Notes: a model not told the origin generated them from the sequence alone. Shown: positions 28,331-44,750, counted from the stretch's first letter. The stretch: DNA of 64,000 nt from Octopus vulgaris (GCA_951406725.2 OX597822.1:620001-684000), one strand, 5' to 3'. Translations and numbers: made by a program.

Positions 28331-28611
28331 AACCACACACACACGCACACGCGCGCACAGACAGACAGACAGACACACACACACATACACACACACACAC
28401 ACATTATTGTGTCTGGGGAGAGTCATCATGTTTTAATGACTGTTTTAATGACACTCACCGGTTCAATTTCCACCCATTTCTTATTTTTCTTCTAAAATTT
28501 TTGTTGTTTCTTGCAACCTCTTCAATAGTTGTTGACTACTTCAACACACGAATTCACAAAGGATCTTGCAAACCAAACACAAAAACGAAATATATATATA
28601 TATATATATAA

Positions 28612-29089
28612 AAATTAAATTAGAGATAAAACCACTATTAGATAAATGATTGACTATAATTACTTGTATAATTCGAATGTTTTTATAGAATTTAAATTAT
28701 TGTAATTCGAATTGGGTTATGGCCATGAAACGTACGTAGTGGTTTTACTTATTATATTATATAAAACTTTTTAATACTTTTTGATAGCTATTTAAAAAAA
28801 AATTAAAAGTTTAATAATTTAAAAATAAAATAAAAATAAGATATATAAAAAATAAAAATTTATAAATATAAATTAAAAATTTTAAATTTAAATAGTTTAA
28901 ATTTTGAATTTTATATTTTATATATTTTGCATATTATATTAATTATATTTATTTTTATGTTTTGGTTTATGTTTTTCACTGTTTGATTTGCCTAATAGTG
29001 GTTTTATCTCTAATTTAATTTATATTTATACTGTGAAATTTGATTTAATCCTAAATCTAATTTTTCCCTGTAAGTTTCGAGTTACTCCC

Positions 29090-29095
<6 letters not shown>
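28612..29095. repeat. AT-rich unit with a perfect 30-bp inverted repeat plus ~75-bp tail, flanked by (TA)n
   Basis: AAATTAAATTAGAGATAAAACCACTATTAG (28612-28641) is the exact reverse complement of 28992-29021. Confidence 0.85.
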
Positions 29096-29146
<51 letters not shown>

Positions 29147-30329
29147 ATAACAAATAAAAATATGTATAAGCAAACGACATCCCGTTGCTGACCAGTCGCA
29201 AATTCTCTGTCTATCCGTTTTCCACCCTTCAAGACAGTTTCTAAGCATTATCCACTATTCTCGTCTCCTGCCCCTAAGGCCATATTTCGTTCGATTATTG
29301 GTCTTCATCCATCGTTCTAAACCAGACTCTGTGTCGTTTTGCTTGTTTTGTTTGTCCTTGTCCCTAATACTCCGCAAGAAAACTTCTTTTTTTTTTTCTG
29401 TGGGTCCTGCCAATTGGGAAGCGCTCAGTCTTATCATTAATGGTGCGAAACTGAATATTACCAATTGGTCGACAACTGATGAAGAATTAAGGACCTTCTC
29501 TTTGTCTTTGTCTCCCTTTTTACATTCAGTATACGTTATGTCGTTTGTTTATACATTTTTCATTTATTAAGTAATGGAACGCAACACACACCGAATTCAC
29601 ATATATATATATGTATATATCATTTTCTTAAGACACCGTCTTAAGGAATTTTAGTGGAATGAATCGACAACAGTACTTTTGTTTCTTAAGCTTGGTACAT
29701 ATTCCATCGAATCTTTTCGCGGAACCACTAAGTTACGGGACGACCAGAATCTCAGGTGATCTTATATCGATGTCACAGTAGGTCTCCATCCTCCCTTGAT
29801 GGCGTCCATCTCTTCCAGCTTGAACCGAATTGTATGACAACTGGAAACATCTACCTGTTGTCTGTAAACCTTGGATATGTCCACCCTGGCAAATTTCCCT
29901 CTGTTTTCAAACTACATAGTTTCTGACATGTTCCCACAATGATATTCCTAGAATGGATCTTTCTGTGACTATTTGTGACGTAGCCAATGTCTGTTCTTCC
30001 TTCTTCGTAGTAGTTCACGCCCTAAATCCGTGTAAGTGCGCATGTAAGACGATGTTAAGATTGCCTAGCAGTATCTTGTGGAGCAGCGTTTTTGAGCACA
30101 TCTTCAGTTGAGCCATAGGCCTTCTACACTGCTCTTATTCTGCATAGGGTTTTAGCACACTCGTTTCAACGTTTATTTACTCCCATGTATAAACTCTGTT
30201 AGTACGATCTGAAGTCTCAGCGACGAGAACGATGTCCTGTGTGAAACGGGGGCAATTTGTAGTGGATCGCTGTTGAAGTTAATTTCAGTTATCCATTCAA
30301 TCGATTTCATGAACACTTCGTGACATGTA

Positions 30330-31090
30330 GTAAAGAGCTGTGGGGGAAAGGATCTGTCAACATACGAAGTGGTATGTTTCAAGAAGATAGCTTATTCCCG
30401 TTCTTATTTGTCATCTGCATGGTCTCCTTTACCCAAGTCCTTACAAAAATGAAAATGGGATATGTGCTAGATGGTATTAAGATCAAACCGTCTGTTATTC
30501 GTGGGTGATTTAAAACAGTTTGCGAAAGGTGAGGACGAAAACGACAGTTTAACATCTGATATATAAACGAGATTAGTCTGGATATTGGGTTGGAGTATGG
30601 GGTAAAAAATATCATGTTGTAACTATGTGACGTGGAAAACGAATAAAGAGTTGGCAGGTTGAGCTTGCGAATGGCCAGGTTATAAAAAATGTGGTAGAGG
30701 AAGGATACAAGTATTTGGGAGTCTTTGAGTTGGATATGACCAAAGAGAAAAAAATGATGTTCAAAAAGCATACCTCAGAATATCTCAGGTGAGTGAGACA
30801 TGTAATGTCGTCTAAATTGAATAGATTGAATGAGATCAAAGTAACGAATACATTGGTTTTGTCTCATGCGCTAAGGAGCAGGAGTTATTAAATGGAGGGA
30901 AGACAATTTAGGTAGGAAAACTAGTAAATTGTTGACAGCGCATAAAGACCTCCATCCACGAGTGAAGTTGTTAGAGCATATGTTAGAAAAAAAAAAAGAA
31001 AGAAGGTAGGGAAGTGATAAGTTGTGAAAATTGTGTCAAAAGCAATGAAAATAACTTAGCTTGGTGCCTTAAAAATGTAAAGGGTAACAT
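30330..31090 (+). pseudogene. Degenerate non-LTR RT remnant (R4/Dong-like)
   Basis: RSGMFQEDSLFPFLFVICM resembles RGIFQGDSLSPLLF; YKYLGV near 30706; many stops. Confidence 0.6.
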
Positions 31091-31202
31091 CATGTTAAAA
31101 GTAAGAAACCTCGACACACTGAAACCTGCTGATGCAGTAACATACATTTATTTATGCATTCATATATGCCTCTAAACGTATACATACATATATGCAAGGT
31201 AT

Positions 31203-31510
31203 GGAGACACAATGACCCAATGGTTAGGGCAGCGGACTCGCGGTCGGAGGATCGCGGTTTTCGTTTCCCAGACCGGGCGTTGTGTGTGTTTATTGAGCGA
31301 AAACACCTAAAAAGGTCCACGAGACTCCGGCAGGGGGGGGGGTGACTCCTGTTATACTCTATCGCCACAACTTTCTCTCACTCTCGCTTCCTGTTTCTTG
31401 AGTAACGCTGCGATGGACTGGCGTCCCGTCTAGCTGGGGGGGGGGACTCATACTTTACAGAAACCAGGAAACTGGGCCCATGAGCCTGGCTAGGCTTGAA
31501 AAGGGCGACG
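31203..31510 (+). mobile_element. SINE family B with V-domain-like segment
   Basis: CAATGGTTAGGGCAGCGGACTCGCGGTCGGAGGATCGCGGTTTCG head; CTGCGATGGACTGGCGTCCCGTC; tail GAGCCTGGCTAGGCTTGAAAAGGGCG. Confidence 0.85.
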
Positions 31511-31529
31511 TTTATCGTTTTGTTATACG

Positions 31530-32281
31530 CAATGTGCATCCCCCAAATTTTCAGGCACTTTTAGGAGAGGTAGTTGTAACTGTCCTAGATGATCATAATT
31601 TTAGTATATTATTAGTATACGTCTAATAAATTGACCAACTGACCATCTAATAAGCTGCCAACTTTTGTTATTCCAGAGTGAAGGAAATTGAACACACTCT
31701 GCTAAGCAGTGCAAGTTACAGTTTAGGGATTAAATTGTATGAGAGCAGCATCTGATTTTTGTTGGGATAAGAGGCTAGGCAAAGGAAGTCCACCGAAAGC
31801 TCTTGATGAGTCTCTTCTCGACAGCAAAAAGAACATTTTCATCCACTGGGTTCTCTCTGGTCAGACTGTCAACAAGTCAACAATTAGTATTTCCTGGAGA
31901 ACTTGAAGAAGATCAAGAAGAGATTTCGTCGCAAAAGACCAAAGTACCTGCACGAACACAATGCACCAGTCCGCAATCCATCCTGGTGACTAACTTCAGA
32001 GATGGTCTTCAAACCTGTCCCTCATCCTCTCTACAGGGAAGACCTTGCTCGCTGTCACTTTTGGTTGTTCTTCAAGATGAAGAAGATGAAGGAGGCTGTA
32101 ATGAGGGAGCTTGACAACTTCACTTTGGAGGAATTTCATGGGGCCTTCACAAAGTTGGTGGAGAACTGCGACAAATGCTGTGAAGTCATAGGATCTTACT
32201 TAGAAGAAGATTAGAGTTTTGTATATCTTCTAAATCAATAAATGTCTCGCTTTTTTCAAAACTTCTGGAATGTGGCTTGTA
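31530..32281 (+). mobile_element. Highly degenerate mariner remnant
   Basis: VPHPLYREDLARCHFWLFFKMK (HPPYSPDLAPCDF-like) and FHGAFTKLVENCDKCCEVIGSYLE*. Confidence 0.7.
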
Positions 32282-32311
32282 CATGAATTTATATAAATTA
32301 TATAAATATAT

Positions 32312-32396
<85 letters not shown>

Positions 32397-32398
<2 letters not shown>

Positions 32399-32588
32399 CG
32401 CTGGCATGGGTGTATGGTAAGTAGCTTGTTTACCAACCACATGGTTCCGGGTTCAGTTCCACTGCGTTGCACCTTGGGCCAGTGTCTTCTACTATAGCCT
32501 CGAGCCAACCAAAGCCTTGTGAGTGGTTTTGGTAGGCGGAAACCAAATATGTATATATTTGGTAGGCGGAAACTGAAAGAAGCCCGTC

Positions 32589-32622
<34 letters not shown>

Positions 32623-32642
32623 GACGTGTGTGTGTATACGAC

Positions 32643-32694
<52 letters not shown>

Positions 32695-32930
32695 ATGTGT
32701 GTGTGTGTGTGTGTTTGTGTGTCTGTGTTTGTCCCCCATCATCGCCTGACAACCGTTGTTGTGTTTATGTCCCCGTAACTTAGCGGTTCGGCAAAAGCAA
32801 CCGTTAGGATAAATACAAGGCTCACAAAAAATAAATCCTGGGGGTCGATCTGTTCGACTAAAGGCGGTGCTCCAGCATGGCCGCAGTCAAATGACTGAAA
32901 AAATGAAAGAGTACAAGAATAAAAGAATAT
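32397..32930 (+). mobile_element. SINE family A, well preserved
   Basis: GGCGCTGGCATGGGTGTATGGTAAGTAGCTTG..GGGTTCAGTTCCACTGCG.. through CCAGCATGGCCGCAGTCAAATGACTGAAA. Confidence 0.9.
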
Positions 32931-33025
32931 ATGCGTTTATCTGGTAATATTTTCATTTTGTTTTCATTATATTTCAATTAATATTTCGTACACAAGTGTA
33001 AGTGTGTGAGTGTGTGTGTGTGTGT

Positions 33026-33070
<45 letters not shown>

Positions 33071-34009
33071 CTTTAATGCGGTGATGGAGATGAGGAATTA
33101 TATTTTTTATTATATTATTTTCGCTCTATTTCACCATTCAATATATTCTGGCTCTTAAAATTATCTTTTGCTTTGTTTTCGTATTGGGGTGAACGGCAAT
33201 TCCATGGATTCGAAATAGTAGTCTTTTTGTTATTAAAAACTAATATAAACTAATAAACTAATTCAACATTCTTTAACTTATATTTTTATTATGCTTTGGT
33301 TTTCATGTGATTCTTTACAAAACAATAACTTACTGTTCAGATAACGTTGGTTTTCTTTCATGAAATATTTATGAACTAAGTAATTTTTATTTACAGAAAA
33401 AAAAAAACCCTGTTCATTGCTTCTCTTTTATTTCTCTTGTTTTCATTGTTTTTGTGTTATTTTTACGCTAGATTAAATCTAGAGATGTCAGTGGCATTAC
33501 CACTTCAATTCACCCAGTTGTTCAGACACAGACAAACATAAATACACTCATAAAATATACATGTATACACATATGTACACATATATACATATACGCCGCA
33601 GACAGCTGCTCACAAGCATACATATATCATATATAAACGTAGTCATATTAAAAAAAAATACTGTTAGAATATTGTTGGAGCATTGTTAGAAAGTCGTTGA
33701 ACTTACGCTAAATTCATTTGTCCTTTTGACAGATTTTGCTTTTATTCCTGTTGGATTTCTGGCAACCCTTAACACTAGGCAAGGCTAGTGAGGCATTGGT
33801 TTAGTCGCCGACGACCTGATCATTTGACAGGTTGTACTGGATTCCATGCCACCAGGAGCACACATGAGAGACCTCATAAGTGACCTGCAGCATATGCGCA
33901 TACACACACACACATACACACGCACACACACAAACACGCACACGCACATACACACATACACGCATATAACATGCACGCACACATCTCTATGTATGAATAT
34001 ATGTATATG

Positions 34010-34453
<444 letters not shown>

Positions 34454-34517
34454 GCATCCATATATATGTGTATGTGTGTGTGCGTATATATATGCATATG
34501 TATCCATATATATATCC

Positions 34518-35683
<1,166 letters not shown>

Positions 35684-36172
35684 CGACGGGCTTCATACAT
35701 ACATACATACATACATATTACATATATACATACATATACATACATACATACATAGATACATACATACATAGATACATACATATATACATACATACATGCA
35801 TATATACATACATACATACAAATATATATATATACATACATACATACAAATATACATACATACATACAAATATACCTACATACATACATAGAAATATACA
35901 TACATACATACATAGAAATATACATACATACATACATAGAAATATACATACATACATACATACATAGAAATATACATACATACATATAATCATATATGTA
36001 TGTGTGTGTATACACAAAACATGTACTTGCATGTGTATACATGCGTATAAACACACACAAACTCATACATACAAACAAATATTTGTTGCTCTTTACTTCT
36101 CCTTAATTACATTCACACATTATTTTCATATGTAAATACATACACGTACACTAGTATATATCTACTTGTCTC

Positions 36173-36238
<66 letters not shown>

Positions 36239-36241
36239 CAT

Positions 36242-36272
<31 letters not shown>

Positions 36273-37366
36273 TATATATATATATGTATGTATATATATA
36301 CACGCATACATTTTATACCTACCCACATATATGCACGTAAGTACATACATATATGCATAGATACATACATACGTACGTAAATGCATATATGCAAACAAGC
36401 ACACACAAACATATGCATGCATCCCTGTACGTATGTGTGGGTGTATATGTGTGGGTGTATATGTGTGGGTGTATATGTGTGGGTGTATATGTGTGGGTGT
36501 ATATTTAAGTGATTTTATCTGTTTCACTTATTTGTGTTTCCTTTTGTTTAGGAAAAACAAAACAATACAAATAAACAATTATAAAAATAACAAGATGACA
36601 AAATGCATAAGATTAAATGTTTGGAAAAGTCTAAAACAATTCCCGCTTGGAGGCTTCATTCCAACTTTCTTTCTCACTCACTCTTTCTATCTGTCTCTGA
36701 CTTCCAGCGCCCTCTGTCTGCCTCCAATACCGCCTCTCATTAAACATCACTCCTACTTCCCTTGTTCCTTATTCTCGCTTTTCTGCTCCTCCTCCTCCTA
36801 CATCTCTTTCCGTGCTGCACCCACAAACCAGTGTCGTCATCGCTTTGTTGTCTCCTCCTTCCAAAACGCTAAGAGACTTCCCCTCTCTTTCTCTCTATTT
36901 ATTCCTCTGTCGCCTCTCTTTCGTCTTCCTCCTCTTTCGCTGCACTCATGCAAAGTAATCAACAACCGCTGACACTACCACCACAACTACTACCACCACT
37001 ACCACCACCATCACCACCACCACCACCATCACCACCACCATCACCACCACCATCACCATCACTGCCAGCATCAGCAGCATCAGCATCAGCATCCCCACCC
37101 ATGTGCTGATGGTTGTGATCTGTCTCTATGTGTCTCTGGATGCCAGGGTGGAGCGAAAAGTTCACAGGTTGGCCATGGAGTATTGTTAGAGCCGTGAAAT
37201 CTTGCATCTATTCATTTCACCACTTTTTATTAATGGCTGCATCATTTTCTTCAGGTAAACTGACTCCCGACTCTTCAAAGAAGACTCTAAAACTAACTAG
37301 TACCGAATTCTCTTGCAACTTGACAAAATTTGGTATTGTGGTGTTATCAATTTTTTTTTTATTTCA

Positions 37367-37657
37367 TGCGCCCTTTTCAAGCCTAGCCAGGCTCATGGGC
37401 CCGGTTTCCCGGTTCCTGTGGCGTATGTGTTCCCCCCAGTTGGACGGGACGCCAGTCGTTCGCAGCGTTACCCAAGAAACAGGAAGAGTGAGAGAAAGTT
37501 GGAGCGAAAAAGTACAACAGGGGTCGCCACCACCCTCTGCCGGAGCCTCGTGGGGCTTTTCGCTTAATAAACATACACGACGCCCGGTCTAGGAATCGAA
37601 ACCGCGATCCTCCGACAGTGAGTCCGCTGCCCTAACCACTGGGCCATTGCGCCTCCA
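37367..37657 (-). mobile_element. SINE family B
   Basis: Reverse-complement match to 31203-31510 including head and tail. Confidence 0.85.
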
Positions 37658-37679
37658 CTGTTATCAAGTACTCGCAGGA

Positions 37680-38362
37680 AAAAAAAAGCATTCAGTCTTT
37701 TCTCCAAGGACATTCATGCTGACATGGTTGCTACATTAGTTGATGACGCTCCACAGTGCAAAAGTTGGCAGCTGAATTTTGTGGGTGAGAGTAGAGCCTT
37801 GAAGATGACTCAAAATCTGGGCGTCCTGTAACTGCCACTACCGAGGAAAACATTGATCGTGGTCAGCACATGGTGATAGATAACAAGCAATTTACAATAA
37901 ATCAAATAGCCGATGCAATTAGCATATCCTGTGAAAGAGTTGAGAATATTCTGCACATGAACTTGGTATGACGAAGGTTTCTACTCGGTGGGTGTCATAT
38001 CTGATCAAAGGCGCACCAGGCTGATCGCATCACGGGGAAATCTGACATCGCTTGAGGCAGATCTAGTTGGCTTCCCTAAATGTTTCTTAAACGAGGGTGA
38101 GTACTGGGTATGTCCACGATGAGCCAGATACAAAAAGACAATTTATGCTGTGGAAACAGCCCTACTTACCTGCTCCAACGAAGGGAAAGGTCGTTTCATC
38201 TGCAGTGGAGGTGATGGCCTCAGATTTGTTGGGATGCATTAAGGGATTGTGTTTATTGACTATCTTCAAAAGGGTCACACCATCAATGGACAGTACCATG
38301 CCAACTTGCCGAAGCAGTTACAAAAAGCTGTGAAGACAAAATGCTCAGAAAAACCGACAAAA
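37680..38362 (+). mobile_element. Mariner transposase remnant
   Basis: GMTKVSTRWV, SAVEVMAS, FIDYLQKGHTINGQYHANL; frameshifted and 3'-truncated. Confidence 0.8.
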
Positions 38363-38364
38363 GA

Positions 38365-38880
38365 TCTTGTATGCAGGGTGATTGGTGTCTTTCTCAACCG
38401 CGCCCCACACATAGTAATCCGGGGGATTACATTTGGGGGAACTAAGAAGTCAGAAATTGGCACTGGTGATATCATAAAAATTCTCCGACATGCACTTCTG
38501 ACTCTTTCTGGCGGAATGGCAAGTTGCCGAATCCTACTGCCACACAAATAACCTTCCAGCAGCAACCTGGAGATTGACCACAATCTCCAGTAGCTTTATA
38601 TTGTCGTCTGAGTTGAGTCTGAGGTTCTGTTCAAAGATGTGTGGACGGCATGACGTCACTCCCACTGGAGACACATCCTAAGACAATCACAGTCGTGCTG
38701 GCCACGGTTTCGTAGTCTCCGTTGCAGCTTTCCGTGTCTTACAGCCTTTATAAAGTCCACAGAGCATTGAACAGCAATCACGACGTTGGTAGTTTGATAC
38801 CTGGCGCAAATCGTCGATATACAGGTAACTCTTTTCAAATATTCAGATGACTTCCGGTCCTCTACGTCAGTTAACATTTT
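38365..38880 (-). mobile_element. Tc1/mariner (maT/DD37D-like) transposase remnant
   Basis: Reverse complement reads WQ*DSATCHSARKSQK..ENFYDIT..NF...NPPDYYVWGAVE, like QQDSAPCH / WPP.SPD.NP.DYYVWG. Confidence 0.6.
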
Positions 38881-39107
38881 TCTCAACAGCGACTTTTGTG
38901 CTTCTCCAACGCTGTTGACTCTTTACCAATATATGAAACCGTTCCAGAAAAAAAGTTCACAAAAGGATCGTCTAATATTTCCGTGTGTATACGTTAATAA
39001 ATATATGTATCTTTATACATGGTTTTATATATATACATATATATATGAGTGTGTGTGTGTGTGTTTGTATGTATATGTATATCTATATGTGTGTATATAT
39101 ACCTGCG

Positions 39108-39179
<72 letters not shown>

Positions 39180-39467
39180 TACACACACACATACATGTAT
39201 GTATATGTATACATATATATCCTAGTCACTCTCCTTTCCTCACCCCTCTCTCCCTCTGTCACACTTCTTCCCTCACTTTCACTAAACGACAAAAAAATAT
39301 GCCGTTCATCAGTAACAAAATCTTACTAACTTCCGAACGAACGGTGGCGGTGAAGGCGGCACTTCCCTCAGCTCCGCCGCAGTCACCTCCGTCGCCTCTG
39401 CCGCCGCCTCCGCCTCCGTTCTGTCAGTTGGTTCCACCCCATATATTTACTTCTTTCCCCGCCTCAT

Positions 39468-39518
<51 letters not shown>

Positions 39519-40097
39519 ATCTTTTCTTCTCACTTTCCTTCCCTCTTTCTTTCCCTCTTTCTTTCTCTCCCTCTCCCTCTATGTCTCTTCTCACGCTCTC
39601 TCTTCAGTCCACTTTTCTTCAGGTACTTCCACTCCAATTCTAAGCAATGTCATTCGGTGGTGATTCGACTGGAAAATTCGAAGCGAGTTCTCATTAAAAT
39701 TACATGATGCTCAACCGAGCCCTCACATTCACAAACACACGCGTTTACACGCACACTCATATGCCCATACACAAAAACTTATATATGTGTGTATGCATGA
39801 TGATTGTATGCATGTGTGTGAACATCTGTTCCAAAACATTTTAGTATCTGTGAGCGTGTCATATATGTAAATGTATAGATGTATATAAGTATTTTTGTAT
39901 ACACATCCCCCCATATATATAGAGAGAAAGATAGACACATACATATATGCACATAATTGTATATATACATATATATATCTGTCTATCTATCTATCCATCC
40001 ATCTATCTATATATATATTTATACATACATACATGTAAATACATATATACATATGCACATATATATATACATGTATATATATATGTATGCATGTATG

Positions 40098-40133
<36 letters not shown>

Positions 40134-40479
40134 TATATATATATATATACACATTCATACACATACAGGCACACACATACACCAACACATGCTTATATAT
40201 TTATTCACATATCTACTTATCTAACTATCAGCCTCCCCCTCTCTCTCTGTATGTCTATGTATGTGCGTATAAATACATAACCATATACATCTCACTACTC
40301 TATCAGACTATACGTGCATGCGAGTGTTCGTTTATATATATGAATATAACTAAAGAACGCCTAACATATTGTGTAGCATATGATATACTCATAAGTAGTC
40401 GGCTGATTCGACAGCTGTGCCTTACTTGAAGTTTCCCGCTAATGTACCGAATACGCACGTGATAATTTAGATGTGGTCT

Positions 40480-40562
<83 letters not shown>

Positions 40563-40737
40563 GTGTGTGTGTGTGTCTGTCTGTCTGTCTATGTCTGTAT
40601 AGTGTTTATATATACATCCCAGAATACGCTCAAAGGGACATGCCCCACATACACATGCATGTATACACATATACACTGATTATATACACATGTATATACA
40701 TACATGTACAGCATAACTATACGTACATATATATAAA

Positions 40738-40886
<149 letters not shown>

Positions 40887-40894
40887 TTTTATTC

Positions 40895-41085
40895 TTATAA
40901 TGGCTTCAGTCACTTGACTGGGGTCATGCTGGAGAACCGTCTTTAGTCGCAGAAATTGACTCTTGGACTTATTCTTTGGAAGCCTAATACCTATTCTATC
41001 GGGCTCTTTTGTCGAAGCGCTAATTTATGGGGACGTAAACACACCAACATCGGTTGCCAAGTGATGGTGGCGGGGATTAACACAA
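40895..41085 (-). mobile_element. SINE family A, 3' half
   Basis: CTTCAGTCACTTGACTG..CATGCTGGAG..GGGACGTAAACACACCAACATCGGTTGCCAAG. Confidence 0.75.
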
Positions 41086-41089
41086 ATAC

Positions 41090-41600
41090 GTGCCTCAGAT
41101 TTATCTTAGGAGTTAAGTGGGAATGTTTCATACCAGATACAGAGCTTTTGCAGCTCAATTGAACAACATGTCATCTTGGCTCAAATGAGATGAACTGGAC
41201 ATGTTATTAGAATGGAAGACGAGGTTTGCCAAAGCGTTTTTTTATGGTGAGCTCAACTCTGGTTAGCGATCACAACATAAGCCGGGGAAAAGGTATAAAG
41301 ACTGTGTGAAGGAAAACCTGGAGAAACTAGATATAAACAAAAGTGTTTGGGAAAAGGATGTTCTAGATCGGAACAAGTGGAGAGGTGCTGTCAGGACTGG
41401 TTGCAATGCCTGGGAGGAAAAGAGGATTCAGCACCCTGAACTTAAAAAGGCCTGTCGCAAAGGAACAATTCGAGATGTACTCAGCAGTGAACATTGGATA
41501 TGTATCATATGTGACCGTGTTCAGTTGTCAGAAGCAGGACACGTGAACGATATGAAGTCATATGTACAGCATAGTTCAACATCAATCTGTGCTAAGCGGC
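41090..41600 (+). mobile_element. RTE-clade LINE 3' remnant
   Basis: NWTGHVIRMED, LPK..YGEL, RYKDCVKENL..W.....DRNKWRGAV, followed by a degenerate CxxC (CIICDR). Confidence 0.75.
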
Positions 41601-41712
41601 TTTACTCTGCGTGCTTTAGCTTCGTTACTATACCAACAGTCCGGATACTTATTGATCAGACGACGTATCTATATATATATATAATTACATATATATAAAA
41701 TATGTATTAATA

Positions 41713-42408
41713 CGGGTGTATGGTAAAAAGCTTGCTTCCCAACCACATGGTTCCGAGTTTGATCTCACTGCTATGGTCGGCCTGAGGCTTATAGTAGAAG
41801 CCACTTCTTCTATAGCCACAAGCTGAGCAAAACTATGTGAGAGGATTTGGTAGACGAAAACCGAAAGAAGCCCGTCGATTATATACATACATATATACAT
41901 ATATGCATATATAATATATACACACATACATATGTGTGTGTATGTGTGTGTGTGTTCTTGTGCGTGTGTCACCACCACTGCTTGACAACCGGTGTTGGTA
42001 TGTTTATGTCCCGATAAATTAGGCATTCGGGTAAAATGACCGATAAAATAAGTAAATGGCTCAATTCGTTTGACCAAAATTATTCTTCAAGACGCTGCCC
42101 CAGTATGGCCGCAGTCTAATGACCGAAACAAGTGAAAGATAAAAGTTATATATATATATATAAGTGTGTGCGTGTGTGTGCATGTGTGTTTGTGAGTGTG
42201 TGTGTGTTTGTGTGTCTGTGTGTCTTTGTGAGTGTATGTGTTTGTATATGTCTTCATGTTTGCGATTATTCGCAACTACCATTTGGCAACCAACCTGGTT
42301 TTGCTTATGACCCTGTAACCTAGCAGCCCAGCAAAACAGACCGATTGAATAAGTACCAGACTTAGAAGGAAATTCCTCAAGGCGGTGCCCAAACATGGCT
42401 GCAATCCA
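41713..42408 (+). mobile_element. SINE family A copy (41713-42140) plus a second 3' half (~42275-42408)
   Basis: GGTAAAAAGCTTGCTTCCCAACCACATGGTTCC head, AGAAGCCCGTCG, two tails ending in ATGGC(C/T)GCA. Confidence 0.75.
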
Positions 42409-42409
42409 G

Positions 42410-42510
<101 letters not shown>

Positions 42511-43615
42511 CGCGTTGCTCTCAAGCTACTCTGCCGTCCTGGGTCAACCTTGAGTGACTCCATCACAACCAAAGCATTCTATAGGGGATTAGTGGAGGGG
42601 AGGTACGACGACGAGCTCGGGGCGAACCTGGACGTCGACGAGGAATACCTGACCCGCCTGTTCGGGACGACTTTCGGGCCAGGGCCCATGGACAACTTCC
42701 AGAGATCCCTGGCCTGGCAGTGCTACCGAGAAGCGCTACCCGTTCGGGATAAGCTCTACAGACACGGCTCGAGAAACACGGGGCCGACCTGCCCGAGATG
42801 CGGTCAGAGCGACGAAACCGTTCTGCACGCACTCGTGCAGTGTCCAACAATTTCCGACCTGTGAGCTTATGTCGAACAACTGCTGTCATGTGTGGGACGA
42901 GTCGGTTTATCAGCTGAGTCTATCGTCAATATTGTCACGCCTCCTTCCTTCAAACGGGAAGGAAGAGCTATTTTCATCATCCTCGTGGCTATGGCGAAAG
43001 AATGTATCTGGTGGACGCGTCTGAAAGGATTGGAGACAAACACTTTCCTCTCTGGTCAATCTCTCATCAACTTCTTCAAGTACCACTGGAAAAGGAAAGT
43101 GAGAGTTGAGAGGCAAGTTTTGTCTAGCGAACGTTTTAAAAAAAGATGGGTGAATGTAGCAAGATGGCACGTATGAATGACGAAGCCACCTTGAGCATAA
43201 TCCTATGAACCCAGAAATTGAAAACAGCGGGTTACCCACTTGCAAACAAATGTGGTAACATATAACAATATTGACCAAGGTTACCGTGGTCTTTTTCGTA
43301 GGCTTTTCTTCCCACGGATAAACCTTACTTGCTTTCCCCTTTACACCATACATCATGACACTGTGATACACGATACCTATTGATCGTTTTTTTTGTTTTT
43401 TTCCCTCTTTTTTCTTCTCTTTTCATTTTTCTTTTCTTTTTTTTCTTTTCCCTTTTTTTGTTCTTTTCTTTTTTTTGTTCTTTTTTCCCTTTTACGATCC
43501 CTTTTGATCGAAAACCTACGCTAACTTTTTTTCTTTTTTTTTCTCCCCTAAAAGAAAAGCTCTACCTTGTAACTTGTCCCATCTGTGTGCAGCCCTGTGT
43601 GGCCAATAAAGAAAC

Positions 43616-43616
<1 letters not shown>
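42511..43616 (+). mobile_element. 5'-truncated Tx1/L1-clade LINE inserted in (TATC)n
   Basis: zf-RVT-like region WQCYREALPVRDKL..CPRCGQSDETVLHALVQCP (CCHC), AKECIWWTR, T-rich 3' UTR, AATAAA at 43605-43610; (TATC)n on both sides (42410-42510 and 43617-43795). Confidence 0.9.
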
Positions 43617-43702
<86 letters not shown>

Positions 43703-43711
43703 CCTATCTAC

Positions 43712-43794
<83 letters not shown>

Positions 43795-43940
43795 GTTAGC
43801 TAGCTAGCTAGCTATCTAAAAGTGTATACTGTGTTGACATCAAGGGCAATCTTCGAACTTACTATCCAAAGGGTTTTTAACTCAATATTTACATTTACAC
43901 GCTGTTATTTATAACTTTACGACTTCGAGATTCGCTTTTC

Positions 43941-44023
<83 letters not shown>

Positions 44024-44750
44024 AGTCTCTGTCTATCTGTGTGCATATACAAACACAGAGGCCCGTGTGAGAGCTAATTGACATTGGTGATATTCGAAAA
44101 AATTAAATTGCGTTGTTCATAATTGATTAACGATTGATTATATCATTACATTAATACTATAGTCGCCATTTTTCGAATTACACTTTCATTTATCTTCTAT
44201 CATCAATCTATTATCCATTTGCCTTCAATGATTCATCTATGTATTCACTTACCCATTATTCTATTCATTCATAGCCAATACGATGTGTCGAGAGCTTAAA
44301 TTGTCCAATATCTTTAAGTCTCACTTCTTTACGGGTTTTGTCTCTTTATTTCTTCTTTACGTTGTTTGCCTTGGCATTTACACAAGTGACATCAACTTAA
44401 GTGGCAAGAATATGATGCCATATAATGAAAGGAACTAAATTGTGTGTTGTCTGTTTTGATATATTTATATTATTTTTTGTTAAGGAATTTCTTATGATTT
44501 TTCTTTTTTTTCGTATCTTTCATAGATTTTTTTTGTTCTATTTTTTTTTTTTTTAAATCGCAATTTTTTTTTCTACGTGTACTTCAGAATGTAATATCAT
44601 TTAATATCATTTAGACGGTAAATAAAATCAAATTTTATTAAACTCTGCTGCTTGAAAACTTTAGTATTCCTTTTAGCAGCGCAAAATGTCTTTTCAGAAA
44701 AAGTGAAAAAAAAGAAACGAAAAAGAGCGAAACAAACGAAAACAAACAGA

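Noticed and set aside
36959-37207. Gly/Asp-rich ORF
   Set aside because: Derived from (CCA)n/(CAG)n triplet repeats.
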